From positions 4,539 to 68,538 of the forward strand of contig CAZVMV010000006.1 of assembly GCA_964628855.1 (NCBI GenBank): a DNA stretch of 64,000 nucleotides, in the 5' to 3' direction. The notes under the pieces were generated by a model. It did not search any database. It was not told the origin of the DNA and worked only from the letters and a program-made list of their open reading frames with translations. The position numbers were made by a program, and so were the translations under genes. This DNA comes from an uncultured Gammaproteobacteria bacterium. Lineage in GTDB: Bacteria; Patescibacteriota; Patescibacteriia; UBA10025; JAHIVO01. Shown piece by piece: positions 63,494 through 64,000 of this stretch (positions are counted from its first letter, which is position 1; every line of letters starts with the position of its first letter).

Positions 63494-63529
63494 GGCCGCC
63501 TCCTGCACCCGGAGACGGCCCTTTTTTAT
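63494..63529 (+). terminator. rho-independent terminator
   Basis: GGCCGCCTCC-TGCACCC-GGAGACGGCC (10 bp with 1 mismatch) followed by CTTTTTTAT. Confidence 0.75.
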
Positions 63530-63576
63530 CCAAAAACAAAGCAGGCTGGACGCGCAGCCTACTCTGTTATTTTTTC

Positions 63577-64000
63577 TTATTTTGTTTTTTCCGCTTTCAA
63601 AACGGCCAGAGTCGTTTTGATGACCGTATCGGGATTCAAAGACATGCTGTCAATGCGTTCCCTGGCCAGAAATTGGGCGAATTCTGGGAAATCGGACGGC
63701 GCCTGTCCGCAGAAACCGATCTTTCGGTGATTCTTCTTAGCCGCCCGGATCACTTGGGACACCAGCGTGGTGACGGCAGCATTCCTCTCATCGTAGTCAT
63801 GAGCCACCAGTTCGGAATCACGGTCCACGCCTAATGTTAATTGGGTTAAATCATTTGAACCTATTGAAAAACCATCAAACACTTTAGAAAATTCATCAGC
63901 CAATATGACGTTGGATGGGATTTCACACATGACGTATACGTCCAGCCCTTTCTTGCCGCGTTCTAACCCATACTTTTTCATAGTGGCGACCACCTTTTTC
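63577..64000 (-). CDS. ppsA: phosphoenolpyruvate synthase / PEP-utilising enzyme, C-terminal part (gene continues beyond the right edge)
   Basis: PEP-utilising TIM-barrel motifs [16 protein letters not shown] and [11 protein letters not shown]. The frame is open to position 64000. Confidence 0.85.
   Translation of the reverse strand, partial: KKVVATMKKYGLERGKKGLDVYVMCEIPSNVILADEFSKVFDGFSIGSNDLTQLTLGVDRDSELVAHDYDERNAAVTTLVSQVIRAAKKNHRKIGFCGQAPSDFPEFAQFLARERIDSMSLNPDTVIKTTLAVLKAEKTK

Noticed and set aside
63225-63535. Minus-strand reading of the 63.2-63.5 kb unit as a reduced RNase P RNA (CAGGAAGUCCCUGUUCCGUAGCC, GGCCAAAAUUACAGA).
   Set aside because: The AGGAAGUCCC segment pairs locally (ACAGG-GACUU-CCUGU hairpin). 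No distal GGGACUU partner exists for a P4 helix. The promoter and terminator signals are also on the plus strand.
60195-63570. The helicase block as a tRNA-Ser-integrated genomic island.
   Set aside because: The block lies on the 5' side of the minus-strand tRNA-Ser, whereas integrases target the 3' end. I found no direct repeat of the tRNA 3' end, no integrase and no other mobility gene. A composition test is still worth running.
63406-63834. 142-aa plus-strand ORF.
   Set aside because: It crosses a strong terminator (63494..63529) and then runs antisense through ppsA, so it is spurious.
1-64000. Alternative genetic code (UGA as Gly, as in some candidate phyla), CRISPR arrays, IS elements and prophage genes.
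   Set aside because: TGA clearly terminates genes (e.g. 23635..23637, with the next gene starting 7 nt later), and all conserved proteins are intact under the standard code. No spaced direct repeats, transposase, integrase or phage structural genes were seen.

Overview
Gene-dense (about 90% coding) bacterial chromosomal segment that reads cleanly with the standard code; TGA is used as a stop, e.g. 23635..23637. The content and style point to a reduced Patescibacteria/CPR-type genome, but that placement is inference. The supporting features are tandem signal peptidases, an LCP protein, pilT/pilM, dprA, an O-antigen-ligase/TPR membrane protein, an archaeal-type AMP phosphorylase, an orphan PurD-like ATP-grasp protein, mostly Shine-Dalgarno-less starts and very short gaps. 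Left part: lepB x2, GT2, LCP, der-pth-pilT-pilM, mfd, dprA, topA, an SDR, parAB and a BNR-repeat surface protein. Middle part: a 9-kb minus-strand iron/redox cluster with a Fur-family regulator, sufCBDSU, SOD, ferritin, ferredoxin, two DsbA-like genes and lgt. It is followed by AMP phosphorylase, ZIP, the PurD-like gene, fasciclin/DUF378 beside a CarH-like B12-domain regulator, an ABC exporter, typA, a DEAD-box helicase, Nudix, a tandem cytochrome-b5 protein and a MarR/FMN-reductase/ABC-2 operon. Right part: a dnaG-rpoD operon with unusual upstream genes, a P-type ATPase, and the 5'-truncated end of ppsA. There are seven tRNAs: Val-CAC, Leu-CAA, CAT elongator, fMet, Ser-GGA and two different Asn-GTT. 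I saw no rRNA, CRISPR array, transposase or integrase. The least explained content is a 3.2-kb block at 60.37-63.53 kb. It holds an orphan Upf1-like SF1 helicase with an unassignable N-terminal ~330 aa, bracketed by two self-contained units that each have a promoter, a strong SD and a terminator, and whose nature (peptide versus structured RNA) is unresolved. Similar autonomous small units occur at 7.57-7.89 kb and 35.80-36.18 kb. A candidate ~180-nt sRNA with an exposed CCUCC loop lies at 7.90-8.08 kb. All functional calls come from reading motifs by eye; no searches were run.
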